64,000 bases of DNA from an uncultured Paludibacter sp. GTDB lineage: Bacteria > Bacteroidota > Bacteroidia > Bacteroidales > Paludibacteraceae. The position numbers and the translations under genes are program-made. Shown one piece after another: positions 8,551 to 18,082 of the stretch (position 1 is its first letter; every line of letters begins with the position of its first letter). The stretch is from the NCBI GenBank assembly GCA_964559265.1, contig CAZLHC010000006.1, positions 28,403 through 92,402 of the forward strand. The letters run 5' to 3'. The notes under the pieces are model-generated. The model saw only the letters and a list, made by a program, of their open reading frames with translations, was not told where the DNA came from and made no database searches.

Positions 8551-10392
8551 ATGTGTGGTATTGTAGGGTATATAGGTCATAGAGAGGCCTATCCGATTTT
8601 AATTAAAGGATTACAGCGCCTGGAATACAGGGGCTACGACAGTGCAGGAATTGCACTAATCAGCGAAGGTAACCTAAACGTATACAAAGCCAAGGGGAAA
8701 GTGGCCGAATTGGTCGACTTCGCAAAACAGAAAGATATTACAGGTACCATCGGTATTGCTCACACACGGTGGGCAACGCATGGTGAACCGAATACAGTGA
8801 ATGCACATCCGCACTATTCGCAGTCGGAAGAATTAGCAATCATTCACAACGGCATTATCGAGAATTATGCAGTGCTTAAGCAAGGCTTAATCGAAAATGG
8901 ATTTACTTTTCAAAGTGAAACAGATACCGAAGTGTTGATTCAGTTGATAGAGTTTGTTAAAAAAACGAACGATATTGATTTGACAACTGCGGTTCAACTT
9001 GCTTTAAACCAGGTTGTTGGTGCATATGCAATTGCTGTTTTGGAAAAATCTCGTCCCGATACCCTGGTAGCTGCCCGTAAGGGTTCTCCATTGGTAGTCG
9101 GTTTGGGAGAAGATGAGTTTTTTCTTGCTTCCGATGCTACTCCGATAATTGAATATACCAATCAGGTAGTGTATGTGGGCGAAGAAGAAATTGTTACCTT
9201 GTGTCGTGGTAAAGAACTGAAAATAAAGACGATTTCGAATGTGGCAAAAACTCCGGAAATCAAAAAGCTTGAAATGACGCTGAGTCAGCTCGAAAAAGGG
9301 GGCTATCCGCATTTTATGATTAAGGAGATTTTCGAACAACCTCACACTTTAGCCGATTCGATGCGGGGTCGTGTGAATGTCGACGAAAATAATGTAATTC
9401 TTTCAGGATTTATCGATAACAAAGATAAGTTTTTAAATGCGGGTAGAATAATTATAACTGCCTGTGGAACTTCATGGCATGCCGGCCTTATAGGAATGTA
9501 TGTAATTGAGGAATTTGCACGAATTCCGGTAGAAGTGGAGTACTCGTCGGAATTTCGTTACCGCAAACCGGTAATTTTCCCTAACGATATTGTTATTGCT
9601 ATCTCTCAGTCGGGCGAAACTGCTGATACACTGGCTGCTGTTGAACTCGCCCGGTCGCAGGGGGCTTTTATTTTTGGTATCTGTAATGTGGTGGGATCGT
9701 CGATTCCCCGTAATTCACATTCGGGGGCTTACACACACGTGGGTCCGGAAATTGGTGTGGCTTCTACAAAGGCATTTACAGCTCAGGTAACTGTACTTAC
9801 CATGCTTGCCCTGATGATAGGTCGTGAAAAAGGTACTATGCCTCAGGAGAAATACCTGCAGATTGTACGTGAGCTGGGACGTATTCCTGATAAGATGAAA
9901 ATATTGTTGAATCAAAACGAACGTATTGCACAATTTGCTAAAACGTTTACGTATGCTCAAAACTTTATTTATCTCGGTCGGGGGTATAATTTCCCCGTAG
10001 CACTCGAAGGTGCACTCAAATTGAAAGAAATATCGTATATTCATGCCGAAGGTTATCCGGCAGCCGAAATGAAACATGGCCCGATAGCCCTGATTAGTCA
10101 GGAAATGCCGGTGGTGGCCATTGCGCCCAATACCGGAATGTACGAAAAAGTAGTAAGTAATATCCAGGAAATAAAGGCCCGAAAGGGAAAAATAATTGCT
10201 ATTGTCACTGAAGGCGACGAAGTAGTGAAAAACCTGGCCGATTACTGCATCGAAATCCCGGATACCGAAGAATGTCTGGTGCCTTTGCTGGCCACCATAC
10301 CTCTTCAGTTGATGGCTTATCACATTGCGGTTGTGAAAGGCTGCGATGTCGATCAGCCCCGAAATCTGGCGAAATCGGTTACTGTGGAGTAA
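8551..10392 (+). CDS. glmS: Glutamine--fructose-6-phosphate transaminase (isomerizing)
   Basis: MCGIVGY, LEYRGYDSAG, HTRWATHG, SQSGETADT, QPRNLAKSVTVE. Confidence 0.98.
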   Translation: MCGIVGYIGHREAYPILIKGLQRLEYRGYDSAGIALISEGNLNVYKAKGKVAELVDFAKQKDITGTIGIAHTRWATHGEPNTVNAHPHYSQSEELAIIHNGIIENYAVLKQGLIENGFTFQSETDTEVLIQLIEFVKKTNDIDLTTAVQLALNQVVGAYAIAVLEKSRPDTLVAARKGSPLVVGLGEDEFFLASDATPIIEYTNQVVYVGEEEIVTLCRGKELKIKTISNVAKTPEIKKLEMTLSQLEKGGYPHFMIKEIFEQPHTLADSMRGRVNVDENNVILSGFIDNKDKFLNAGRIIITACGTSWHAGLIGMYVIEEFARIPVEVEYSSEFRYRKPVIFPNDIVIAISQSGETADTLAAVELARSQGAFIFGICNVVGSSIPRNSHSGAYTHVGPEIGVASTKAFTAQVTVLTMLALMIGREKGTMPQEKYLQIVRELGRIPDKMKILLNQNERIAQFAKTFTYAQNFIYLGRGYNFPVALEGALKLKEISYIHAEGYPAAEMKHGPIALISQEMPVVAIAPNTGMYEKVVSNIQEIKARKGKIIAIVTEGDEVVKNLADYCIEIPDTEECLVPLLATIPLQLMAYHIAVVKGCDVDQPRNLAKSVTVE

Positions 10393-10426
10393 ATCAGTCA
10401 TTAATTTTAAATATTAGAAAAGAAAA

Positions 10427-12229
10427 ATGTGCGGAATCGCGATGGTACGGTTGTTAAAACCGTTGGAGTACTATCATCAAAAGTATGGTACCTGGCAATA
10501 TGGATTGCAAAAAATGTATCTTTTGATGGAAAAACAACACAACAGAGGCCAGGAAGGTGCTGGTATTGCAGGAGTTAAATTGGATATGCCCCCGGGCGAA
10601 GAATACATCTGGAGAGATCGTATCGAAGGGAAAAATGCTATTCAGGAGATTTTTGCAAATGTGAATGCTACATTGAGTACCTTGTCTGACCAAGAATTCA
10701 ATGATGTGGCCAACATCAAATCACGGGTTCCTTTTGCAGCCGAATTGTATCTTGGTCATTTGCGTTATAGTACTACTAACCACAAATCGGGGGTTACGCA
10801 CATTCATCCTTTTCTTCGCAGGCATAACTGGAAAAATCGTACATTGGTATTGGCAGGTAATTTTAATCTTACTAATGTGGATGAGTTGTTCGACTATCTG
10901 ACGTTAAAAGGTCAACATCCGCGCGATACCAGTGATACTTTTTTGATGCTCGAGCAACTTGGTTTTAAGCTCGATATGGAGGTGCAAAAAGAGTATGATC
11001 TGATAAAACAGCGCTATACGAATGATCTGAAAATTACGCAAAAAATTGAGGAACAACTGGATATTGCATCTGTTATTCGCCAATCGGAACATATGTGGGA
11101 TGGAGGCTACGTCATTGCCGGTATGCTCGGCCATGGCGATGCCTTCGCCTTCAGAGATCCTAAAGGTATACGTCCTGCGTTTTATTATAAAGATGATGAA
11201 ATTGTGGTTGTGGCTTCCGAACGACCTGTAATTCAAACTTGTTTGAATGTGAAGGAATCTCAGGTTGTTGAGTTGGATCCGGGACAGGCAATGATAATAA
11301 AGAAAAATGGATCTGTTCATTTCGAAACTATTCAGGAACCAGCTAAAGAACTGAAAAAATGTTCGTTTGAACGGATTTACTTCTCACGGGGGAGCGACTA
11401 TGATATTTATCGTGAACGAAAAAAGCTGGGAGAATCGCTTGCGACTACTATTCTTGATACAGTGAATCATGATGTTGAAAATACTGTCTTTTCGTTTATT
11501 CCAAATACGGCAGAGGTGGCTTTTTATGGAATGGTGAATGGTATTAAAAAGAAGGTGAATCAACCGTTGCGTACCGAAAAAGTTCTGATAAAAGACATTA
11601 AACTACGGACGTTTATTTCGCAAAATAAAGAACGCGACGACCTGGCTACTCACGTTTATGATGTTACTTATGGATCTACCCGACGAGGCCGTGTGGATAA
11701 TTTGGTGGCTATCGACGATTCTATCGTTCGTGGTACTACCTTAAAACAAAGTTTGTTAAAAATAATGAATCGACTGGAGCCGAAAAAAATTGTTATTGTA
11801 TCTTCGTCGCCCCAGGTTCGTTACCCCGATTATTATGGCATCGATATGTCGAAAATGTCGGAGTTTTGTGCGTTTAGGGCAGCTATCCGGTTGTTGAAGG
11901 ACAAAGGTATGCAATCGGTTATCGATGAGGTTTATCGTAAGTCTAAGTCACAACAAGGTTTACCGAAAGAACAGGTGGTTAATTTTGTGAAAGAAATTTA
12001 TGCTCCTTTTACTCAGGAAGTAGTTTCGGAACAAATTGCCAAAATGCTTACTCCCGACGATGTGGACTGTCCGGTCGAATTGGTGTATCAAACTGTTGAA
12101 GGGCTCCATAAGGCTTGTCCAAATCATACCGGAGACTGGTATTTTACTGGTGATTATCCAACACCCGGAGGAAATCGATTAGTGAATCAGGCGTTTATAA
12201 ACTATTACGAAGGTAAAGAAAAACTATAA
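10427..12229 (+). CDS. purF: Amidophosphoribosyltransferase (Bacteroidota type)
   Basis: MCGIAM Ntn cysteine, HNRGQEGAG, GHLRYST, VAIDDSIVRGTT PRT motif. Confidence 0.9.
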   Translation: MCGIAMVRLLKPLEYYHQKYGTWQYGLQKMYLLMEKQHNRGQEGAGIAGVKLDMPPGEEYIWRDRIEGKNAIQEIFANVNATLSTLSDQEFNDVANIKSRVPFAAELYLGHLRYSTTNHKSGVTHIHPFLRRHNWKNRTLVLAGNFNLTNVDELFDYLTLKGQHPRDTSDTFLMLEQLGFKLDMEVQKEYDLIKQRYTNDLKITQKIEEQLDIASVIRQSEHMWDGGYVIAGMLGHGDAFAFRDPKGIRPAFYYKDDEIVVVASERPVIQTCLNVKESQVVELDPGQAMIIKKNGSVHFETIQEPAKELKKCSFERIYFSRGSDYDIYRERKKLGESLATTILDTVNHDVENTVFSFIPNTAEVAFYGMVNGIKKKVNQPLRTEKVLIKDIKLRTFISQNKERDDLATHVYDVTYGSTRRGRVDNLVAIDDSIVRGTTLKQSLLKIMNRLEPKKIVIVSSSPQVRYPDYYGIDMSKMSEFCAFRAAIRLLKDKGMQSVIDEVYRKSKSQQGLPKEQVVNFVKEIYAPFTQEVVSEQIAKMLTPDDVDCPVELVYQTVEGLHKACPNHTGDWYFTGDYPTPGGNRLVNQAFINYYEGKEKL

Positions 12230-12243
12230 TTTTTTAAATTACT

Positions 12244-12669
12244 ATGTTGAAAGAAATTCTATCCATCTCGGGCAAACCGGGGCTTTACAAATTGGTGTCG
12301 CAAGGTAAAAATATGTTGATTGTTGAATCCTTGCTGGATGGGAAACGTATTCCCAGCTATTCAAAAGATAAAGTAGTTTCTTTAGGCGATATCGCTATGT
12401 TTACTGAAACCGAGGAAGTACCTCTTCGTCAGGTTCTTACAAACATCAAAACAAAGGAAAACGGAGGTTTGTGTCCTATCGACCCTAAAGCCGATAACGC
12501 TGCTTTAAAACAATACATGAGTGAAGTTTTACCCGACTACGATCGCGATAGGGTATACCCCAGCGATATGCGCAAGTTATTTTCATGGTACAATATCCTC
12601 ATTAATAGTGGTATCACCGCGTTTGAAGAAGTAAAACAAGAAGATCAGACAGCCGTTGCTGCACAGTAA
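12244..12669 (+). CDS. DUF5606 family protein
   Basis: MLKEILSISGKPGLYKL...YPSDMRKLFSWYN, a conserved Bacteroidota protein. Confidence 0.8.
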   Translation: MLKEILSISGKPGLYKLVSQGKNMLIVESLLDGKRIPSYSKDKVVSLGDIAMFTETEEVPLRQVLTNIKTKENGGLCPIDPKADNAALKQYMSEVLPDYDRDRVYPSDMRKLFSWYNILINSGITAFEEVKQEDQTAVAAQ

Positions 12670-12673
12670 GATA

Positions 12674-13768
12674 ATGACTATTCGTAATCTGACGGATACA
12701 CTTGAACAACTGGCACCTTTGTCGCTTCAGGAAAAATACGACAATGCCGGTTTACTGGTAGGAGAGCCTTTGACACCTGTCAGAGGCGCTCTTATCTGTT
12801 TAGATGTAACCGAAAGTGTTATTGATGAGGCTATTGCCTTGGGATGTAATCTTATAATTGCTCATCATCCGCTTATTTTTACCGGATTAAAACGATTGAC
12901 TGCTCAAAATGAGGTACAGCGGTGTGTTGTAAAGGCTATTCGTAATGATATTGCCATCTATGCTGCTCATACAAATCTGGATAATATTGAACAGGGAGTT
13001 AATGGTAAAATAGCTGAAAAGTTAGGGCTCATCGATTGTAAGGTCTTATCTCCGGTTTCTGATGCATTAGTGAAATTGGTAACCTACGTACCTAAACTGA
13101 TGGTACATAAGGTTCGTGAGGCTTTGTTTTCGGCGGGAGCCGGAACTATCGGCAATTACGATTCATGTAGCTATAATTCAGAGGGTTATGGGAGTTTCAG
13201 GGCAGGGGAGAATGCACATCCTTTTGTTGGATTGAAAAATTCTATTCACTACGAACCTGAGGTCAAAGTAGAAGTTATACTTCCAAAATTCCGGTTGGCA
13301 GCGGTATTGAATGCTTTGGTCGAAGCACATCCCTACGAAGAACCAGCTTATGATGTTATTCCTCTGCTAAATCAATGGGCGCAAACCGGAGCCGGATTTG
13401 TAGGTAATCTACCTGCCGAACTTCCTCTGAACGACTTTCTTCATAGCATTAAGGACGTTTTTCAAATTCCAACCATTCGATATACTTCTCCTGTAAAGGA
13501 TAATATTCGTCGGGTTGCTGTGTGTGGAGGTTCCGGAAGTTTTCTCATTAAAGACGCCTTGCAAGCTCAGGCCGATGTTTTTATAACGGCCGATGTAAAG
13601 TACCACGAATTCATGGAAGCAGACGGCCGTATTGTTATTGTTGATGCCGGCCATTATGAAACCGAACAGTATACAAAAGAGTTGATGTATGAGATTATTT
13701 CGAAAAAATTTCCTACCTTTGTACTCCATATTTCAAAAGTAACTACGAATCCCATTCTATATTTGTAA
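12674..13768 (+). CDS. Nif3-like dinuclear metal centre protein (with PII-like insert)
   Basis: YDNAGL, IAHHPLIF, YAAHTNLD, AHPYEEPAYD, GHYETEQ; start MTIRN at 12674. Confidence 0.92.
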   Translation: MTIRNLTDTLEQLAPLSLQEKYDNAGLLVGEPLTPVRGALICLDVTESVIDEAIALGCNLIIAHHPLIFTGLKRLTAQNEVQRCVVKAIRNDIAIYAAHTNLDNIEQGVNGKIAEKLGLIDCKVLSPVSDALVKLVTYVPKLMVHKVREALFSAGAGTIGNYDSCSYNSEGYGSFRAGENAHPFVGLKNSIHYEPEVKVEVILPKFRLAAVLNALVEAHPYEEPAYDVIPLLNQWAQTGAGFVGNLPAELPLNDFLHSIKDVFQIPTIRYTSPVKDNIRRVAVCGGSGSFLIKDALQAQADVFITADVKYHEFMEADGRIVIVDAGHYETEQYTKELMYEIISKKFPTFVLHISKVTTNPILYL

Positions 13769-13772
13769 CAAA

Positions 13773-14543
13773 ATGACAACGGAAAACAAGATTGAAAAGG
13801 AAATAACGGTAGAAGAAAAGCTCATCGCACTGTATGATCTTCAAAAAGCAGTTTCCAAAATCGACGAAATTAAAACATTACGTGGAGAATTACCCCTCGA
13901 AGTTCAGGATCTTGAAGACGAGATCATTGGATTGAATACACGTATAGAGCACTTTGAACGGGAAATAAGCGAATTTACTTCGATGATTGCCGGTAAAAAA
14001 ATCTCTATCGAAGAATCACGCATTAAAATTGAACGTTACCAGGAACAACAAAATAACGTTCGAAATAACCGCGAACACGAAAACCTGGAAAAGGAAATCG
14101 AATATCAAACTCTCGAAATAGAACTCTGCGAAAAACATATCCGGGAGTTTAAAGCTGCTAAGGAACAAAAATCGGTTGAACAAAAAGTCACTATGGCTCA
14201 ATTAACCGAACGTAAACTGGACCTGGATCAGAAAAAAAGTGAACTCGACGAAATTATCGCTGAAACCAAACAGGAAGAGGAGAAGATTCGTGAACACGCT
14301 AAAGAAATTGAATCGCGTATTGAACCACGTTTATTATCGGCATTCAAACGGATACGAAAAAATGCCCGGAATGGTCTTGCGGTTGTTTACGTAACTCGTG
14401 ATGCTTGTGGAGGTTGCTTCAATAAAATTCCAGCACAGAAACAGTTAGATATTCGTCAACGTAAAAAAATTATTGTTTGCGAATACTGTGGCCGTATTTT
14501 GGTCGACCAACAGTTGGCAGGTGGCGATCAGATCGCTGAATAG
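13773..14543 (+). CDS. C4-type zinc ribbon domain coiled-coil protein (DUF164)
   Basis: Long coiled coil followed by CGGC...CEYCGRIL; usual partner of Nif3. Confidence 0.9.
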   Translation: MTTENKIEKEITVEEKLIALYDLQKAVSKIDEIKTLRGELPLEVQDLEDEIIGLNTRIEHFEREISEFTSMIAGKKISIEESRIKIERYQEQQNNVRNNREHENLEKEIEYQTLEIELCEKHIREFKAAKEQKSVEQKVTMAQLTERKLDLDQKKSELDEIIAETKQEEEKIREHAKEIESRIEPRLLSAFKRIRKNARNGLAVVYVTRDACGGCFNKIPAQKQLDIRQRKKIIVCEYCGRILVDQQLAGGDQIAE

Positions 14544-14574
14544 ACCAGTATTCATAAAATCTATTAGCTTAAGT

Positions 14575-14604
14575 AAAGGTTCGAATTTTTCGAACCTTTT
14601 TTTT
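14575..14604 (+). terminator. Intrinsic terminator after the zinc-ribbon gene
   Basis: AAAGGTTCGAA-tttt-TTCGAACCTTT followed by a T-run. Confidence 0.85.
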
Positions 14605-14925
14605 ATTCTAGCTGCTGTATTTCCTAACGAACTTCCGGATAAGCGATAATATCAAATTCTCAGCGTGTTTTATTTCACGTAATTGTCTATATTTCAGATA
14701 GTTTTAGTCTATTTTTCAGAAGTAAAAATTCAATAATTCAGCTATTTTCTACAATTTCGAATTTTATATATAGATTTGTCTTCTAACCGGGTGCTTTTCA
14801 ATAAGCTAGTTTTCTGATTGCCTTGATCCGTAACTTATTTACTTACAATCCCGGCTTTTTTTTATCTGGATATTTTTCATAAGGGTACCCTCTACAAAAA
14901 ATCATACTTTTTTCTTGTTACTTGT

Positions 14926-15062
14926 AACAAATGTATCGTATTTACAAGAGTGAAGCAATCAATTAATATGCATAATTGTGAATTTCTTCGTGTATACATT
15001 TGTAAATAAATAGATAATCACATATGTACATTGTTCAAATTCCGATTATTCTTACAACTGTA
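14926..15062. promoter_or_regulatory. Left cluster of TACA-N2-TGTA palindromic boxes
   Basis: Perfect at 14995 (TACATTTGTA) and 15053 (TACAACTGTA); one mismatch at 14926 and 15019. Confidence 0.7.
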
Positions 15063-15570
15063 ACCAATAAACAAACATAAGTAATGATGTGAAAATTCAT
15101 AGCTGATATATACAGTAAATCAGATGTTTAACTATTAAATTTAAATTATCACTTTAGAAATTAGATAGTATATTCTATCAATCATAGTATTTTTGTGAAT
15201 ATATAGGTATAGTTAATACTTAACTAACTAATAATCAATGATAATGACTACTATTATATAAACAATTACTTTAAATATAGTGCAAGCTTGGTTTTTCGTT
15301 AAAAACTATTCCACATTTAATTGCAAACCAGTATTCAGCATGTTGTACTCTTTATGCTACTTATGGTACTACTTCTTTCCCCTCCTACCAGATTAAAATT
15401 AAGCAGTTGTTATTTATGGTAAATATAACCCACTATATAGCAAATAATTAATGATTATAAACCTTAACTAAATCAAGCTGGGGATTGATCAATAGACTTT
15501 AGTGATATTCATATTATCAGAGTTCATGTAAGAATATTTTTACTATGGTTCCAGCTTATTTACTTCATTA

Positions 15571-15720
15571 AACAGATGTACTTTTTATTCGATGCTTGTA
15601 CTTATGTATTTTAATTACCTTTACAATAGTGAAATTACAATTGTACAGACGTATACACATGTAAATACATTTGTATACTTATGGTATTTGCATTTGTGAA
15701 TTAATTGTTTTACATTTGTA
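15571..15720. promoter_or_regulatory. Right cluster of TACA-N2-TGTA boxes, putative operators upstream of the XRE gene
   Basis: Perfect at 15636, 15654, 15666, 15711; one mismatch at 15571, 15599, 15644. Confidence 0.8.
15687..15718 (+). promoter_or_regulatory. Bacteroidota housekeeping promoter of the XRE gene
   Basis: TTTG (15687-15690), N20, TACATTTG (15711-15718) matches the -33/-7 consensus TTTG...TAnnTTTG, 45 nt before the ATG. Confidence 0.75.
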
Positions 15721-15762
15721 GCCAATTGTTTATACAGTTCTAAACTATAAAATCACTGTATT

Positions 15763-16341
15763 ATGAGTGAAAAAAATCGAATCGAAAAAGTAATTCTTTT
15801 CCAAAACATGACATCCGGTCAGTTTGCTGCCGAAATTGGAATTCAGAATTCTACCCTTTCTCATATTTTGAACAATAGGAATAATCCCAGTCTCGATGTG
15901 CTAAAAAAAATTCTTAGCCGATTTCCTGAGATTAGTACAGACTGGCTTATTTTAGGACAAGGTTCTATGTTACGTCAGGAAAAGCAATCTAAAGAGCCCA
16001 CATTATTCGATTCTTTTGATGAAACTTCTTCATCCTCAGAAAGTTTAGTGGCTGAAAACGTAGTAAAAACTACTCAGCCAAATGCAGAAGTCCAGAAAGA
16101 AATGTTAAAAAGTGATTTCAATCCTGTACAGGAACGACAGAAACCACCCTTGAACGAATCCCGGTCAACAGAAATTAATAATTCAACGCCTCAGCAACGA
16201 AACGATAGTGAAATTTCCCCACAAGTACGAACATTATCAACGGAATTTCCGGTTCGAACTACATCAGAACCTGCACGAAAAGTTACAAAGGTCATATTAT
16301 ATTTTACCGATAATACATACCAGGAATTTGAATCAAAATAA
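15763..16341 (+). CDS. XRE/Cro-CI family HTH transcriptional regulator
   Basis: FAAEIGIQNSTLSHILNNRNNPSLDVL HTH, DWLILGQGSM, low-complexity linker, C-terminal KVTKVILYFTDNTYQEF. Confidence 0.9.
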   Translation: MSEKNRIEKVILFQNMTSGQFAAEIGIQNSTLSHILNNRNNPSLDVLKKILSRFPEISTDWLILGQGSMLRQEKQSKEPTLFDSFDETSSSSESLVAENVVKTTQPNAEVQKEMLKSDFNPVQERQKPPLNESRSTEINNSTPQQRNDSEISPQVRTLSTEFPVRTTSEPARKVTKVILYFTDNTYQEFESK

Positions 16342-16383
16342 TTATCGTATTTTTGCAGTCTGAACATCAAATTTCAAACTTGA

Positions 16384-17151
16384 ATGAAGAAATTCATGAA
16401 CGATCTGGTCGTTGCAGAGAATATTACGCTTAATGACCAGTATTTTTTACTTAAATTAACAGCTGATACACTGCTGCCCGACATGTATCCCGGTCAATTT
16501 GCCGAAGTAAAGGTTGAAGATTCACCCTCTACTTTTCTACGACGCCCTATTTCGATAAATTGGGTCGATCGTCAACGTAATGAGCTGTGGTTACTGATTC
16601 AAATTGTAGGTCAGGGCACCCGTAAACTTAGTATGTTAATCCCGGGTGATACTTTAAACTTAATTTACCCTCTTGGAAACCAATTTTCGTACCCTCCGCA
16701 AAAGAACGCACGAATCCTGTTGGTGGGCGGAGGTGTCGGAATTGCACCTATGCTTTTTTGGGGCTCGCAATTAGCTGCCGAAGGGTATATGCCCAACTTC
16801 CTGATCGGAGGTCGCTCTGCGGCTAATTTGTTGCTTTTAGACGAATTCAACAAGTATGGCAATGTATACGTGACTACTGAAGATGGTTCGGCCGGAGAAA
16901 AAGGGTTTGTTACTAATCATTCTGTATTATCACAATCGTTCGATGCAATTTATACATGCGGGCCAACTCCAATGATGAAAGCAGTGGCTGCTTACGCTAC
17001 TAAAGAAGGTGTTTTCTGCGAAGTTTCACTCGAGAATACGATGGCTTGTGGTTTCGGTGCTTGTCTGTGTTGTGTAACCGATACTGTGGATGGGCATCTG
17101 TGTGTTTGTACTGAAGGTCCGGTCTTTAACATTACAAAATTAAAATGGTAG
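16384..17151 (+). CDS. pyrK: Dihydroorotate dehydrogenase electron transfer subunit
   Basis: [33 protein letters not shown] [2Fe-2S] motif. Confidence 0.95.
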   Translation: MKKFMNDLVVAENITLNDQYFLLKLTADTLLPDMYPGQFAEVKVEDSPSTFLRRPISINWVDRQRNELWLLIQIVGQGTRKLSMLIPGDTLNLIYPLGNQFSYPPQKNARILLVGGGVGIAPMLFWGSQLAAEGYMPNFLIGGRSAANLLLLDEFNKYGNVYVTTEDGSAGEKGFVTNHSVLSQSFDAIYTCGPTPMMKAVAAYATKEGVFCEVSLENTMACGFGACLCCVTDTVDGHLCVCTEGPVFNITKLKW

Positions 17152-18056
17152 ATTTAAGCGTCAAACTTGGAACAATACAATTGAAAAACCCGGTAATGAC
17201 TGCTTCGGGCACATTCGGGTATGGTACAGAGTATTATGATTTTTTTGATGTTTCACGAATAGGAGGTATAGTTGTAAAGGGAACTACTCTTCGCGACCGT
17301 CAGGGTAATAAATATCCTCGTATGGCTGAAACGCCATCGGGCATGTTAAACGCTGTGGGACTGCAAAATAAGGGTGTTAACTACTTCAAAGATCATATTT
17401 ATCCAACACTTTTAGACTTGGATACAAGTATATTTGTGAACGTATCAGGATCAACGGTTGAGGAATATGTTGAAACAGCAGAGTTAATCAACGAATTGAA
17501 CCATATTCCGGGCATTGAGCTCAACATTTCGTGTCCGAATGTGAAAGAAGGTGGAATGACATTTGGAACCAGCTGTCCTTCTGCTGCTCAGGTAGTTAAG
17601 GAGGTGCGAAGGGTGTATAAAAAAGAATTGATGGTTAAGCTTTCGCCAAATGTAACCTCCATTTCAGATATTGCTCTTGCTGTGGAAGCTGAGGGAGCCG
17701 ATTCGGTGTCGTTAATTAACACTTTATTGGGGATGGCCATTAATGCTGAAACACGAAAACCGGTTTTATCGACTGTTACAGGAGGTTTATCGGGACCTGC
17801 TGTTAAGCCCATTGCTTTACGAATGGTGTGGCAGGTTGCTCAGGCTGTGAAGATTCCTGTAATTGGGATGGGAGGAATTATGAATGAGTCAGATGCTATT
17901 GAATTTTTATTGGCTGGTGCATCGGCAATTCAAATTGGTACTGCCAATTTTATTGATCCTACTACTCCGGTTAAAGTATTGGAAGGTATCGAAAACTATA
18001 TGATAAGGCATCGGATTGAAAAAATAACCGATTTGATTGGTGCTTTAGAAATATAA
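17145..18056 (+). CDS. pyrD: Dihydroorotate dehydrogenase 1B catalytic subunit
   Basis: [33 protein letters not shown]. Confidence 0.97.
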   Translation: MVDLSVKLGTIQLKNPVMTASGTFGYGTEYYDFFDVSRIGGIVVKGTTLRDRQGNKYPRMAETPSGMLNAVGLQNKGVNYFKDHIYPTLLDLDTSIFVNVSGSTVEEYVETAELINELNHIPGIELNISCPNVKEGGMTFGTSCPSAAQVVKEVRRVYKKELMVKLSPNVTSISDIALAVEAEGADSVSLINTLLGMAINAETRKPVLSTVTGGLSGPAVKPIALRMVWQVAQAVKIPVIGMGGIMNESDAIEFLLAGASAIQIGTANFIDPTTPVKVLEGIENYMIRHRIEKITDLIGALEI

Positions 18057-18082
18057 CTCCTTAGAAGCAGAAATTATTTCAA

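Noticed and set aside
14605-14900. RNase P RNA or another structured RNA after the zinc-ribbon gene
   Set aside because: Only a weak acaatcccggct resemblance to the rnpB 3' end; no GAGGAAAGTCC motif, and the region is too AT-rich
14605-15762. oriC, based on AT richness and DnaA-box-like 9-mers at 15088, 15194, 15307 and 15695
   Set aside because: All have one mismatch to TTWTNCACA and none is perfect. A hand estimate at about 75% AT expects around 4-5 such hits by chance. No dnaA or dnaN is nearby. A genome-wide GC-skew analysis could reopen this.
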